A DNA stretch of 64,000 nt from Caldisericia bacterium (GCA_028700655.1 JAQVSG010000004.1:1570-65569), one strand, 5' to 3'. Shown: positions 29,244-36,973, counted from the first letter of the stretch. Made by a program: numbers and translations. Notes: generated by a model not told the origin, from the sequence alone.

Positions 29244-29289
29244 CTTTGATCCTCCTTTCTGAGCAAATTCTCTTGAATAAAATACGAGA

Positions 29290-29319
29290 CTACATAATGG
29301 GTATCCGACGATGTTTCAT
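29290..29319 (-). CDS. Candidate 9-codon micro-ORF / leader peptide (MKHRRIPIM)
   Basis: GAAAGGAGGG (29336-29327) lies 7 nt before ATG 29319. TAG stop at 29290. Confidence 0.2.
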   Translation of the reverse strand: MKHRRIPIM

Positions 29320-29346
29320 TCGGCAACCCTCCTTTCACAAGACCAT

Positions 29347-29379
29347 AAAAAAAAGCCGCGGTGACCTACCGCGGCTTTT
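29347..29379 (-). terminator. Strong intrinsic terminator (minus strand)
   Basis: Minus strand: AAAA-GCCGCGGT-AGGTC-ACCGCGGC followed by eight U (plus-strand A-run 29347-29354). Confidence 0.7.
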
Positions 29380-29406
29380 CGTTACGTTGTCTTTGTCTTA
29401 CTTAGA

Positions 29407-29511
29407 TCATAAAGAAAATGAACGGTAGAAGGGTTGAAGATGAGAGCATACAACATTCTCATTCATGAGACCGGTTGCGTTTGCTATCAATATGTTTTTT
29501 GTTGTGTTCAT
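29407..29511 (-). CDS. Candidate 34-aa small protein (MNTTKNILIANATGLMNENVVCSHLQPFYRSFSL), or the coding-looking part of a structured sRNA
   Basis: AGAAAGGCGG lies 7 nt before ATG 29511. TGA stop at 29407. Has its own promoter upstream and terminator downstream. Confidence 0.35.
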   Translation of the reverse strand: MNTTKNILIANATGLMNENVVCSHLQPFYRSFSL

Positions 29512-29544
29512 AAATCTACCGCCTTTCTAAAAAATCTAAAGACT

Positions 29545-29572
29545 ATTTTACAACACGTTTTTTTTCTGTCAA
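29545..29572 (-). promoter_or_regulatory. Strong sigma70-like promoter (minus strand)
   Basis: Perfect TTGACA (29572-29567), 16-nt spacer, TAAAAT (29550-29545). Confidence 0.55.
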
Positions 29573-29614
29573 TCTTCTACTTTTAAAAAAGTCGAGATTT
29601 GATATTCTGGTAGT

Positions 29615-30325
29615 ATGAAAAAAGAATTGTGGTTAACATCCTGTGGTCTAGTACCTTACGAAAAAGCTCTGGGATGGCAAAAAACAATGGTAGATCAGAA
29701 AATGCATATAGACATGCCAGATGTTGTATTGTTTCTAGAACACCCCCCCGTTATCACCATTGGAAAAAATGGAGACCCCTCCCATGTATTAATTGGTGCT
29801 CAGCAATGTCGCGAGAAAGGCCTCTCCGTGTTCCCGATCAGCCGTGGAGGTGACGTAACCTTTCATGGTCCAGGGCAAGTGGTTGGATATCCCCTTGTCA
29901 ATCTACAAAACTTTGATAAAAGCATTCGATCCTTCGTTACAGATTTAGAACAAGTTTTTATCTCTCTGCTCCAAAATACATATTGTCTGCCAGCAAAAAG
30001 GATACCCGGTTATACAGGGGTTTGGGTTCATGACAACAAAATTACTGCCATGGGGCTTTCTGTCCATAAATATATCACGATGCATGGTTTTGCATTTAAT
30101 GTGTCTACTGATTTGCAGTATTTTTCCTTGATTACACCGTGTGGTATTACCGATAAAGGAGTAACTAGCCTCGTCGCAGAAACAGGACAAGACATCTCCA
30201 CAGAAACGTGTATACAACAGATTGGTGATGAAATGGGAAATAGATATCACAAAGAAATTGTATGGAAGTCCTGCAATGAAGTTTTACAAACATTTCAAAT
30301 CCCTATCGAAAAGGATGAAACATGA
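29615..30325 (+). CDS. lipB: Octanoyltransferase (lipoyl(octanoyl) transferase)
   Basis: LEHPPVITIG, ISRGGDVTFHGPGQ, and KITAMGL (catalytic Lys region). Followed by lipA with a 4-nt overlap. Confidence 0.9.
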   Translation: MKKELWLTSCGLVPYEKALGWQKTMVDQKMHIDMPDVVLFLEHPPVITIGKNGDPSHVLIGAQQCREKGLSVFPISRGGDVTFHGPGQVVGYPLVNLQNFDKSIRSFVTDLEQVFISLLQNTYCLPAKRIPGYTGVWVHDNKITAMGLSVHKYITMHGFAFNVSTDLQYFSLITPCGITDKGVTSLVAETGQDISTETCIQQIGDEMGNRYHKEIVWKSCNEVLQTFQIPIEKDET

Positions 30326-31185
30326 TCAAACAAAAACCTTCTTGGTTAAAAATGAAACAAAGAGACAATCAGTTTTCTTCTACCGAAAACTACCTCGCTA
30401 GCCTTCACCTACACACAGTATGTCAGGAAGCACATTGTCCCAATCAAAATGAGTGTTTTAGTCACGGTACTGCCACATTCATGATTTTAGGAAAGTATTG
30501 CACACGAAATTGTACATTTTGTGCTGTTTTGAAAAGAAAGCACCCTTTTCCTTTGGATCCTAGCGAACCAGAAAATGTTGCGCAGGCAGTGGAAAAACTT
30601 GGATTGCAACACGCCGTTGTCACTTCGGTAACCCGTGACGACCTAGAAGATGGTGGGGCCAATCAATTTGCAGAAACGATTCAGCAAATTCGTCAGCATT
30701 CCCCCTCAACAACCATCGAAGTTTTAATTCCCGATTTTTTGGGACATCACGATTCTCTTGATATCATCATTCAGTCAAAACCAGAGGTTGTCAATCACAA
30801 CATTGAGACCCTTCAAAAACTCTACCCGAAAGTTCGTCCTGAAGCAGATTATCATCGTTCCCTAGAAGTTTTGTCGTATATAAAGAAAAAGAGTACTTTG
30901 CTTACAAAATCTGGATTTATGGTCGGATTGGGAGAAACACCAGAAGATATTCAAAAACTGATGGAAGATCTTGTTTCTGCTGGGTGTGATATACTAACGA
31001 TCGGTCAATATTTACAACCCTCTCTTGCGCATTTCCCTGTTTACGAATATGTTCCCCCTAGTCAATTTGAAAACTATCGAAAAATGGCTTTAAAAATCGG
31101 TTTTAAACATGTAGAATCAGGTCCATTAGTTCGGAGTTCCTATCACGCAAAAGAATCGTTGGGTCATGTAATGGAAGGAAGATAA
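30322..31185 (+). CDS. lipA: Lipoyl synthase (radical SAM)
   Basis: Auxiliary cluster motif CQEAHCPNQNEC (CX4CX5C), radical-SAM CTRNCTFC, and C-terminal VRSSYHA. Confidence 0.9.
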   Translation: MIKQKPSWLKMKQRDNQFSSTENYLASLHLHTVCQEAHCPNQNECFSHGTATFMILGKYCTRNCTFCAVLKRKHPFPLDPSEPENVAQAVEKLGLQHAVVTSVTRDDLEDGGANQFAETIQQIRQHSPSTTIEVLIPDFLGHHDSLDIIIQSKPEVVNHNIETLQKLYPKVRPEADYHRSLEVLSYIKKKSTLLTKSGFMVGLGETPEDIQKLMEDLVSAGCDILTIGQYLQPSLAHFPVYEYVPPSQFENYRKMALKIGFKHVESGPLVRSSYHAKESLGHVMEGR

Positions 31186-31523
31186 GTCAACAAAAGCTTA
31201 TTGTCACTTCCTTTTTGGATTCCAATAAAATCAATTTGAAAGTTTTTTATGGATGGTTTTTTTTCATCTAGGTACCGATAGACTGTTTTTCGAATACGAA
31301 GACACTTCTGTCTCGTTATAGATTCTGAAGGAGTACCAAATTGGGTGGACAATCTCGTTTTCACTTCTATAAAATGTAGAGTCCCCCCCTTTTGTGCGAC
31401 AATATCTATTTCTCCATAAGGCCCATGATAATTCATTTCCACAATTTCGAAGCCTTTTTGGCGCAGCCAATTCTTCGCAATGAGTTCTCCATGACTACCA
31501 ATATGGCGAGTTGAGTGTTTCAA
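31164..31523 (-). CDS. yraN: YraN family (UPF0102) endonuclease-like protein
   Basis: GELIAKNWL..GF.I...N......GEIDIVA....TLHFIEVKTR, the typical UPF0102 pattern. Confidence 0.85.
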   Translation of the reverse strand: MKHSTRHIGSHGELIAKNWLRQKGFEIVEMNYHGPYGEIDIVAQKGGTLHFIEVKTRLSTQFGTPSESITRQKCLRIRKTVYRYLDEKKPSIKNFQIDFIGIQKGSDNKLLLTYLPSIT

Positions 31524-31537
31524 AACAGAAAGAATGT

Positions 31538-32260
31538 TTACCGACTTAATATTTTTAAAATCGATTGAATCTTTTGGTCTTTAAGAGGTTCATTTTGATA
31601 CTTTTGCAAATAGGGTATCAGTTGTTTCGTTTTCAAAACAACAACCGTTTCATCTTTCATTTCCAACTCAGCGTGAATGTTTGTAAACACAAGAATACCT
31701 TGAATCCAGTAGGGAAATTGATCTTTCCCTCCCAGTTTTTTCTCAAGATATTTTCGCAATTCCCAAACATTTCGTTTTAATTGACGGCTTGGATTGTTAA
31801 TATGTCCGCGGTACAGGCCCCCATTTTTCCCCGTCTTCGTATAGGTCCAAGTGTCTCCTACACACTCTACTTTCCCGTTGTAATTCTTGGTTTCAATCAC
31901 GAAAATTCCTTTGGGTCCAATTAAAAGGTGATCAATATCACAATTCTTATGGGGTATTGTGTAGTTGTTTATCATGTTCCATTCATCGGAGAGCAAATTG
32001 AGGACATTTTCTACATTTTCCTGCCCCGTCAGTCCTGCTCTCCAAATATTTATCTCTGTATTTTTTTGGTCAATCCAGTATCCTGTAATAAGCATCAAAA
32101 GACACCCGGCTACAATAAGATATACATTGGGGTTGGCGGGTAATAAGCCTAAAGCAACCATACAAAAACTAAAAAAGAAACTGAAAATCAAAAAGGCGAT
32201 TTGCAGAATAAGGGAAGAAAGCATGGTTTTTACAAAATTGTGTTTTTCTATAACTTTCAT
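31538..32260 (-). CDS. Membrane-anchored NERD (nuclease-related) domain protein
   Basis: Two N-terminal TM helices, then DIDHLLIGPKGIFVIETKNYNGKV, characteristic of NERD domains. Confidence 0.8.
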   Translation of the reverse strand: MKVIEKHNFVKTMLSSLILQIAFLIFSFFFSFCMVALGLLPANPNVYLIVAGCLLMLITGYWIDQKNTEINIWRAGLTGQENVENVLNLLSDEWNMINNYTIPHKNCDIDHLLIGPKGIFVIETKNYNGKVECVGDTWTYTKTGKNGGLYRGHINNPSRQLKRNVWELRKYLEKKLGGKDQFPYWIQGILVFTNIHAELEMKDETVVVLKTKQLIPYLQKYQNEPLKDQKIQSILKILSR

Positions 32261-32919
32261 TGTATACCCTTCAAAAAAGTTCTTCGGTGGAAGGATGACA
32301 TTCCATTCTCATGAAGAGCTTGAAAATGTCGCTTCGTTCCATATCCTTTATGGACTGAGAATCCGTAAAGAGGAAAAATTCGATCCATTTTCACCATATA
32401 CTGGTCTCTTTCTACTTTAGCGATGATGGATGCCGACGCAATCGATGAGTACAGAGAGTCTCCCTTAATACAAGTCTTTTGAATACCTCTGGTTTCTTCA
32501 ACGATAGGCTGATTTCCATCAATTAAGAACAAAAGGGGACAATGCTGCAATGTAGGATTGAACAAAATCTGATCAATGCATTTCTTCATTGCCCATTTTG
32601 TGGCGTTTAATATATTCATCTTGTCAATCATTCTAGCAGAAACAAAGCTAGTTGAGATATAGGCTCCGGATTCTTGGATTTCTCCATACGCAATTTCTCG
32701 TTTCTTTGGAGAAAGCTTTTTGGAATCCATTACAAAAGGCTTTTTTTTACATTGGTAAAAACAAACTGCGGATGCAGTTACAGGACCCGCTAATGAACCT
32801 CTTCCTGCTTCATCAATTCCAACAATGGCAAAGGACTCATATTGTCGAGAAAGGATGTGTTCGTTGTACCATAAATCTGGATCTGCTGAATCAGTATTCA
32901 ACATGAGCAAGGGCAACAA
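32257..32919 (-). CDS. rnhB: Ribonuclease HII
   Basis: GIDEAGRGSLAGPV, DSKKLS, and ASIIAKV motifs. Confidence 0.9.
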   Translation of the reverse strand: MLPLLMLNTDSADPDLWYNEHILSRQYESFAIVGIDEAGRGSLAGPVTASAVCFYQCKKKPFVMDSKKLSPKKREIAYGEIQESGAYISTSFVSARMIDKMNILNATKWAMKKCIDQILFNPTLQHCPLLFLIDGNQPIVEETRGIQKTCIKGDSLYSSIASASIIAKVERDQYMVKMDRIFPLYGFSVHKGYGTKRHFQALHENGMSSFHRRTFLKGIQ

Positions 32920-33427
32920 AATCCTTGGGAGGCCACAATATTAAGACAGCTCTCCCTTCAATGGCCTCTTTTTTTATGGGGCCGAAATCTCGACTATCCA
33001 AACTATTATTGCGATGATCTCCCATGACAAAAAACTCATCTTCTTGCAATATGGCAGGCCCGTAGAGACTAGGAGTTGCAGTAGAAACATACATCTCTTC
33101 TAACTCTTCCCCGTTTATTTTGACGAGGCCATTACGAACTTCCACCGTCTCTCCAGGCAACCCAATAATCCGCTTAATATAAGAAACATCTTGATTGCTA
33201 GGTGGGTGGAATACAACAATATCGCCACGATGAAGTTTCTCGGGTTTTGAATACAGTTTGTTGACAATCACTAAATCACCCTCATGAAGAGTGGGAATCA
33301 TAGAACCCATTTCCACTCTATAGGGTTGAAAAAGAAATTGCCTGACAAGAAATGCAATTAAAAGAGCAAGAGCAATGGTCCAAATCCACTCAATAATCTC
33401 TTTTTTTGCAGACAATGACAATCTCAT
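32891..33427 (-). CDS. lepB: Signal peptidase I
   Basis: N-terminal TM, catalytic GSMIPTL, KRIIGLPGE, and GDHRNNSLDSR. Confidence 0.9.
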   Translation of the reverse strand: MRLSLSAKKEIIEWIWTIALALLIAFLVRQFLFQPYRVEMGSMIPTLHEGDLVIVNKLYSKPEKLHRGDIVVFHPPSNQDVSYIKRIIGLPGETVEVRNGLVKINGEELEEMYVSTATPSLYGPAILQEDEFFVMGDHRNNSLDSRDFGPIKKEAIEGRAVLILWPPKDFVALAHVEY

Positions 33428-33807
33428 TATGCGTCTTCTTTAATGGGACCTTTATTTTTCTTTGTCATATTTTTACGTTTAATTTTATTCATACGGCTAT
33501 TGGATTCTCGGAGGTAATAAAGCTTTGCTCGTCGAACTTTACCATAGGTTACTACTTCCACTTTCGCGATGGAAGGAGAGTGAAAAGGAAATACTTTTTC
33601 GACTCCTTCTCCATACGAAATCTTACGAACAGTGAAGCTTTCTCCGATACCTCCTCCTTTTTTACTAATGACTACTCCCTGGAAAACTTGAAGTCGTTCT
33701 TTGGCTCCTTCTACAATTCGCTGGTAAACCTTGATCGTATCGCCAACAGAAAAAGGCACAACGTCGGTTTTTAAATACTCTTTGGTTAAATCGTTCAACA
33801 ACTGCAT
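33427..33807 (-). CDS. rplS: 50S ribosomal protein L19
   Basis: [28 protein letters not shown] and [29 protein letters not shown]. Confidence 0.9.
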   Translation of the reverse strand: MQLLNDLTKEYLKTDVVPFSVGDTIKVYQRIVEGAKERLQVFQGVVISKKGGGIGESFTVRKISYGEGVEKVFPFHSPSIAKVEVVTYGKVRRAKLYYLRESNSRMNKIKRKNMTKKNKGPIKEDA

Positions 33808-33902
33808 ATTTATACCTCTCTAAAGTATATATGAAGCAAGATAAAAATCTTGTTTTACAAATACTGTGATTTCAATAAAATTCTATTACAAGCTAAAAAA
33901 AA

Positions 33903-34682
33903 ATGTTATCATATAACATAACAATTACAAGCCTGCTTAAAGCATTTTCAAAGGGGGACAATGTGAGAGAAGAATGGTACAATCTATCGTTCTCTATCGA
34001 AAACAACGTTGGTATCATCAATTTAAACAATAAGGCAGATAGCAATGCCATATCAACCAAGTTTTTACGAGAACTAAAAAACGGACTCAAGGTGTTTCAT
34101 CATAGTAAAGACGTCAAAGTTATCGTTGTTAAAGGAGAAAGTGAAACCTTCTCCATGGGCATCCGAAAAGAAGAATTGTCCTCCAATCACGAAACTGTAA
34201 CCGATTTTTGTGAATTTGGATGGAAAGTTTTTAATAAGTTTTCTGAAATTCAAAAACCTGTCATTGCAGAGGTGCAAGGTAACGCATTTGATGCTGGTTT
34301 TGAGCTTTCTCTTATGGCCGATTTACTATTTGCATCGAATCAAGCTCAATTTGGGTTTCCAAGTATCAAAAACTCCATTGTACCAGCTTTTGGTGGACTT
34401 GCTCAATTGTTACACATGACAGGTATCCGGTACACCCGAGATCTTCTCTATACGGGTCGCATTGTTACGGCCCAAGAAGGCAAAGAGAAAGGGTTTGTTA
34501 ATGGTATTTTCCCGCCCGACTCTCTCCATGAAGAAGTATCAAAAATAGCGCAACAAATTATTCAAACACCCATTTCTATACTGGGTGGATTAAAAAACTC
34601 TTCTGGAAAAATCAGTGATATCATGCGAAGACTCCACATGCAGGATGAAATCAGTATTTTTGAATCTGGGTTTCTCGATTAA
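33903..34682 (+). CDS. Enoyl-CoA hydratase/isomerase (crotonase) superfamily protein
   Basis: KVIVVKGE..FSMG, QKPVIAEVQGNAFDAGFELSLMAD, and VPAFGG. An in-frame GTG at 33963, preceded by AAGGGGG, may be the true start. Confidence 0.8.
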   Translation: MLSYNITITSLLKAFSKGDNVREEWYNLSFSIENNVGIINLNNKADSNAISTKFLRELKNGLKVFHHSKDVKVIVVKGESETFSMGIRKEELSSNHETVTDFCEFGWKVFNKFSEIQKPVIAEVQGNAFDAGFELSLMADLLFASNQAQFGFPSIKNSIVPAFGGLAQLLHMTGIRYTRDLLYTGRIVTAQEGKEKGFVNGIFPPDSLHEEVSKIAQQIIQTPISILGGLKNSSGKISDIMRRLHMQDEISIFESGFLD

Positions 34683-34697
34683 TTCACGGTTTTCTTG

Positions 34698-36179
34698 TTA
34701 AGGATATCGAAGAGTAATTTTCTTTTCAGTGGGTTCCCATTCTACTTTGCCGCCTAGTTTCTCGGCCACAAATCGCAAGGGAACAAAAGTTCTGCTGTCA
34801 CGTATCACGGGTGGTACGTCCATGGTGACAACTTTACCGTTTACGTAGGCTCTAGTATCCCCAACTCTCATTTGAATGTACTGGGTTTTTAAACTATAGG
34901 AGATTCTTTTGTCGTCTGGATACCATGTAATTTCTGCACCCAAAGCATCGCCAATAGGTCGTATAGGGACCATTGTTCTACCATTCTCTACAAACGGGGA
35001 GGCATCAATGGAGTATGTATTCTGATTGTCTCGAACATACTTTTTCCCAACCCACATTTCGAAAACCACGTAATTCCTTCTTTCTGTCGCATCGTGAACA
35101 AAAGAAAACAATTCTCCGTAGGAAGAAACAGAATACATACTCTGATTCGCTAGTATTAAGTACTTAGATGTAGTTCCTACCGACGTAAAATACAATCGGT
35201 TTCCCGTTTTTCTGTCCAGGCAGTAAATCATAAAATCATCCGCACCAATCCAAATATAATTGTCAGATATGATCGGAGCTGATTCAATAAAAAATCCAGC
35301 TTCAAACTGCCAATTCAAATTGCCTGTTTTTACATCAATACTGTACAAAAATTGATCAAAAGCCACATAGATGTCATCTTCGGAATACGAGGGTGGATTC
35401 ATCGCATTGTAATTGGGATAAAATGTTTTCCATACTTGTTTACCAGTTTTTGTATCTAAACAATACAGGGTATCATCCACGGGGCAAATCAATCGGTTAT
35501 TGTTGATACAGATACCATAAAGAGAACTGTTCACCAGCTCATATTCCCACAGCTTCCGATGATTTTCAATGGCAAACGTATAAATCCGATCTTCTGCAAC
35601 AACATAAAAACGCTCATTATCGAAGGCAACAGGCAACCGTATTTGTTGACCGAAAAGAATATCCCACACTTTTTCACCAGACTCTGCTTTCAAACAAAGC
35701 AGTTTTTTTCCCGATCCAAAATACACATGGTTTTGATATACCACAGGAGAAGAATTCACCATTCCTTCTTCAGTTTCATATTTCCATACCTGATATCCTG
35801 TTTTTGCATCGACTGCATACATTGCGTTTGTGTATCCTGCATAAATAATTCCATTGTGATAGAATGGGCTGGAATTATGAAAATCTTTGGTGCAGTATTG
35901 CCAAATGATCGTACCCCATTTGGCATTGTAGCATACCAATCCCCAGGTTGTAGAAACATACAGCTTGTCTTCCACCACAATGGGACATGAATTGGAAGCC
36001 CCCATTAACTCTACCCATGCTGTTCGCAATGGTGGTTTTAGTGTTTCCGAAGATTGTCCCGAGAAGGTTAGATCGGATCTGTATTGATACATATTGGCAA
36101 AACAATGGGATTGAAGGGATGCCCCAAAAGCTACGGTAAGAAGAATTGCAATCCATCCAAGATAAACTTTGCGTAGCAT
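34698..36179 (-). CDS. Exported PQQ-like/BamB-like beta-propeller repeat protein with C-terminal copper amine oxidase N-terminal-like domain
   Basis: Signal peptide. Repeated D..TG..(V/I)W.. propeller blades (DAKTGYQVWKYE, DTKTGKQVWKT, DVKTGNLNWQFE, DRKTGNRLY). C-terminal MVPIRPIGDALGAEITWYP and FVPLRFVAEKLGGKVEWEP. Confidence 0.7.
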   Translation of the reverse strand: MLRKVYLGWIAILLTVAFGASLQSHCFANMYQYRSDLTFSGQSSETLKPPLRTAWVELMGASNSCPIVVEDKLYVSTTWGLVCYNAKWGTIIWQYCTKDFHNSSPFYHNGIIYAGYTNAMYAVDAKTGYQVWKYETEEGMVNSSPVVYQNHVYFGSGKKLLCLKAESGEKVWDILFGQQIRLPVAFDNERFYVVAEDRIYTFAIENHRKLWEYELVNSSLYGICINNNRLICPVDDTLYCLDTKTGKQVWKTFYPNYNAMNPPSYSEDDIYVAFDQFLYSIDVKTGNLNWQFEAGFFIESAPIISDNYIWIGADDFMIYCLDRKTGNRLYFTSVGTTSKYLILANQSMYSVSSYGELFSFVHDATERRNYVVFEMWVGKKYVRDNQNTYSIDASPFVENGRTMVPIRPIGDALGAEITWYPDDKRISYSLKTQYIQMRVGDTRAYVNGKVVTMDVPPVIRDSRTFVPLRFVAEKLGGKVEWEPTEKKITLRYP

Positions 36180-36181
36180 AA

Positions 36182-36967
36182 TTATCCTCCCTGGTGATGA
36201 TGGTCAAAAAGCGGTGAAAAATCAATCATGGTGTAAGGTAAAGAGAAAACTTCCTGCACTTTCTTACAAATATTGTATACTCCGCCTTTTTCAGAGGCGT
36301 AGTGAGTGAGGCACAAAACATTCATCTGATGATCTTGTGCGTAAATATACATGGTATGAGAAAACTCTCCCGTTATAAACACGTCTACATTTTCACGGTA
36401 TGCATCCGCAATAAAGCTGGTTCCATCCCCCGAACACACAGCCACTTTTTGCACCCTGTTTCGTCCAAAAGGATACAATGTTGCCGGTTCGTGTAGTATC
36501 TCTGCATATCGTTGTTGGATCGATTCTACAGATACAGAACTGTGCAGAGAAGCACACAAGCCCATATCATGCCCTTTGTATTGACACAAGGGATAAATAG
36601 ATTCTTTTTCAGGAGACAGAGTTTGAAGAAGAGTGCTGTTATTTCCTATCTCAGGATGAATATCCAAAGGTAGATGAGAAGCATAAAGAGCACTATTGCT
36701 TTGGAGTAAATAATGTACTTTGCGAAAATGACTCTTTTGTAAGGAAGGATTCAGCCCTTTCCAAAACATTCCATGATGAACAATGAAAAGAGAGGGTACG
36801 GAAGGTTGCGTTTCGCGAAAGAGTGCTTCGCTGGCATCAACAGCACCGTATATATGTTGAATTGGGGACGGTCCTTCAACTTGTAAACCATTCCACGATG
36901 CATCGTCAGGGCAATCCTGCAATAGTGTAGAAAGATACGCAACGATACTCTCTAAATCTACGGCCAT
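36182..36967 (-). CDS. Nif3-like dinuclear metal center protein (GTP cyclohydrolase 1 type 2 homolog)
   Basis: NIF3 family pattern: WNGLQVEG, VHHGMFW, ASHLPLD.HPE.GNN, and TGEFSH. Confidence 0.85.
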   Translation of the reverse strand: MAVDLESIVAYLSTLLQDCPDDASWNGLQVEGPSPIQHIYGAVDASEALFRETQPSVPSLFIVHHGMFWKGLNPSLQKSHFRKVHYLLQSNSALYASHLPLDIHPEIGNNSTLLQTLSPEKESIYPLCQYKGHDMGLCASLHSSVSVESIQQRYAEILHEPATLYPFGRNRVQKVAVCSGDGTSFIADAYRENVDVFITGEFSHTMYIYAQDHQMNVLCLTHYASEKGGVYNICKKVQEVFSLPYTMIDFSPLFDHHHQGG

Positions 36968-36973
36968 ATTCAG

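Noticed and set aside
29246-29428. 60-aa plus-strand ORF in the intergenic gap
   Set aside because: It has a TTG start with no SD and runs antisense through the terminator hairpin and both minus-strand SD/ATG pairs. It is most likely a shadow ORF.
29347-29540. Possibility that the ~190-nt minus-strand unit is a 6S RNA
   Set aside because: The 5'/3' closing pairing fits. The interior (about 85 nt) does not fold by eye into the long interrupted rod with a central bubble expected for 6S RNA, and the paired core is only ~145 nt. This remains untested without cmscan, so it is not asserted.
30322-31185. Radical-SAM gene next to the small-peptide locus as a possible RiPP maturase
   Set aside because: It has the full LipA signature (CX4CX5C plus CX3CX2C, RSSY tail). 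It is overlap-coupled to lipB and is on the opposite strand from the peptides. It is an ordinary lipoyl synthase.
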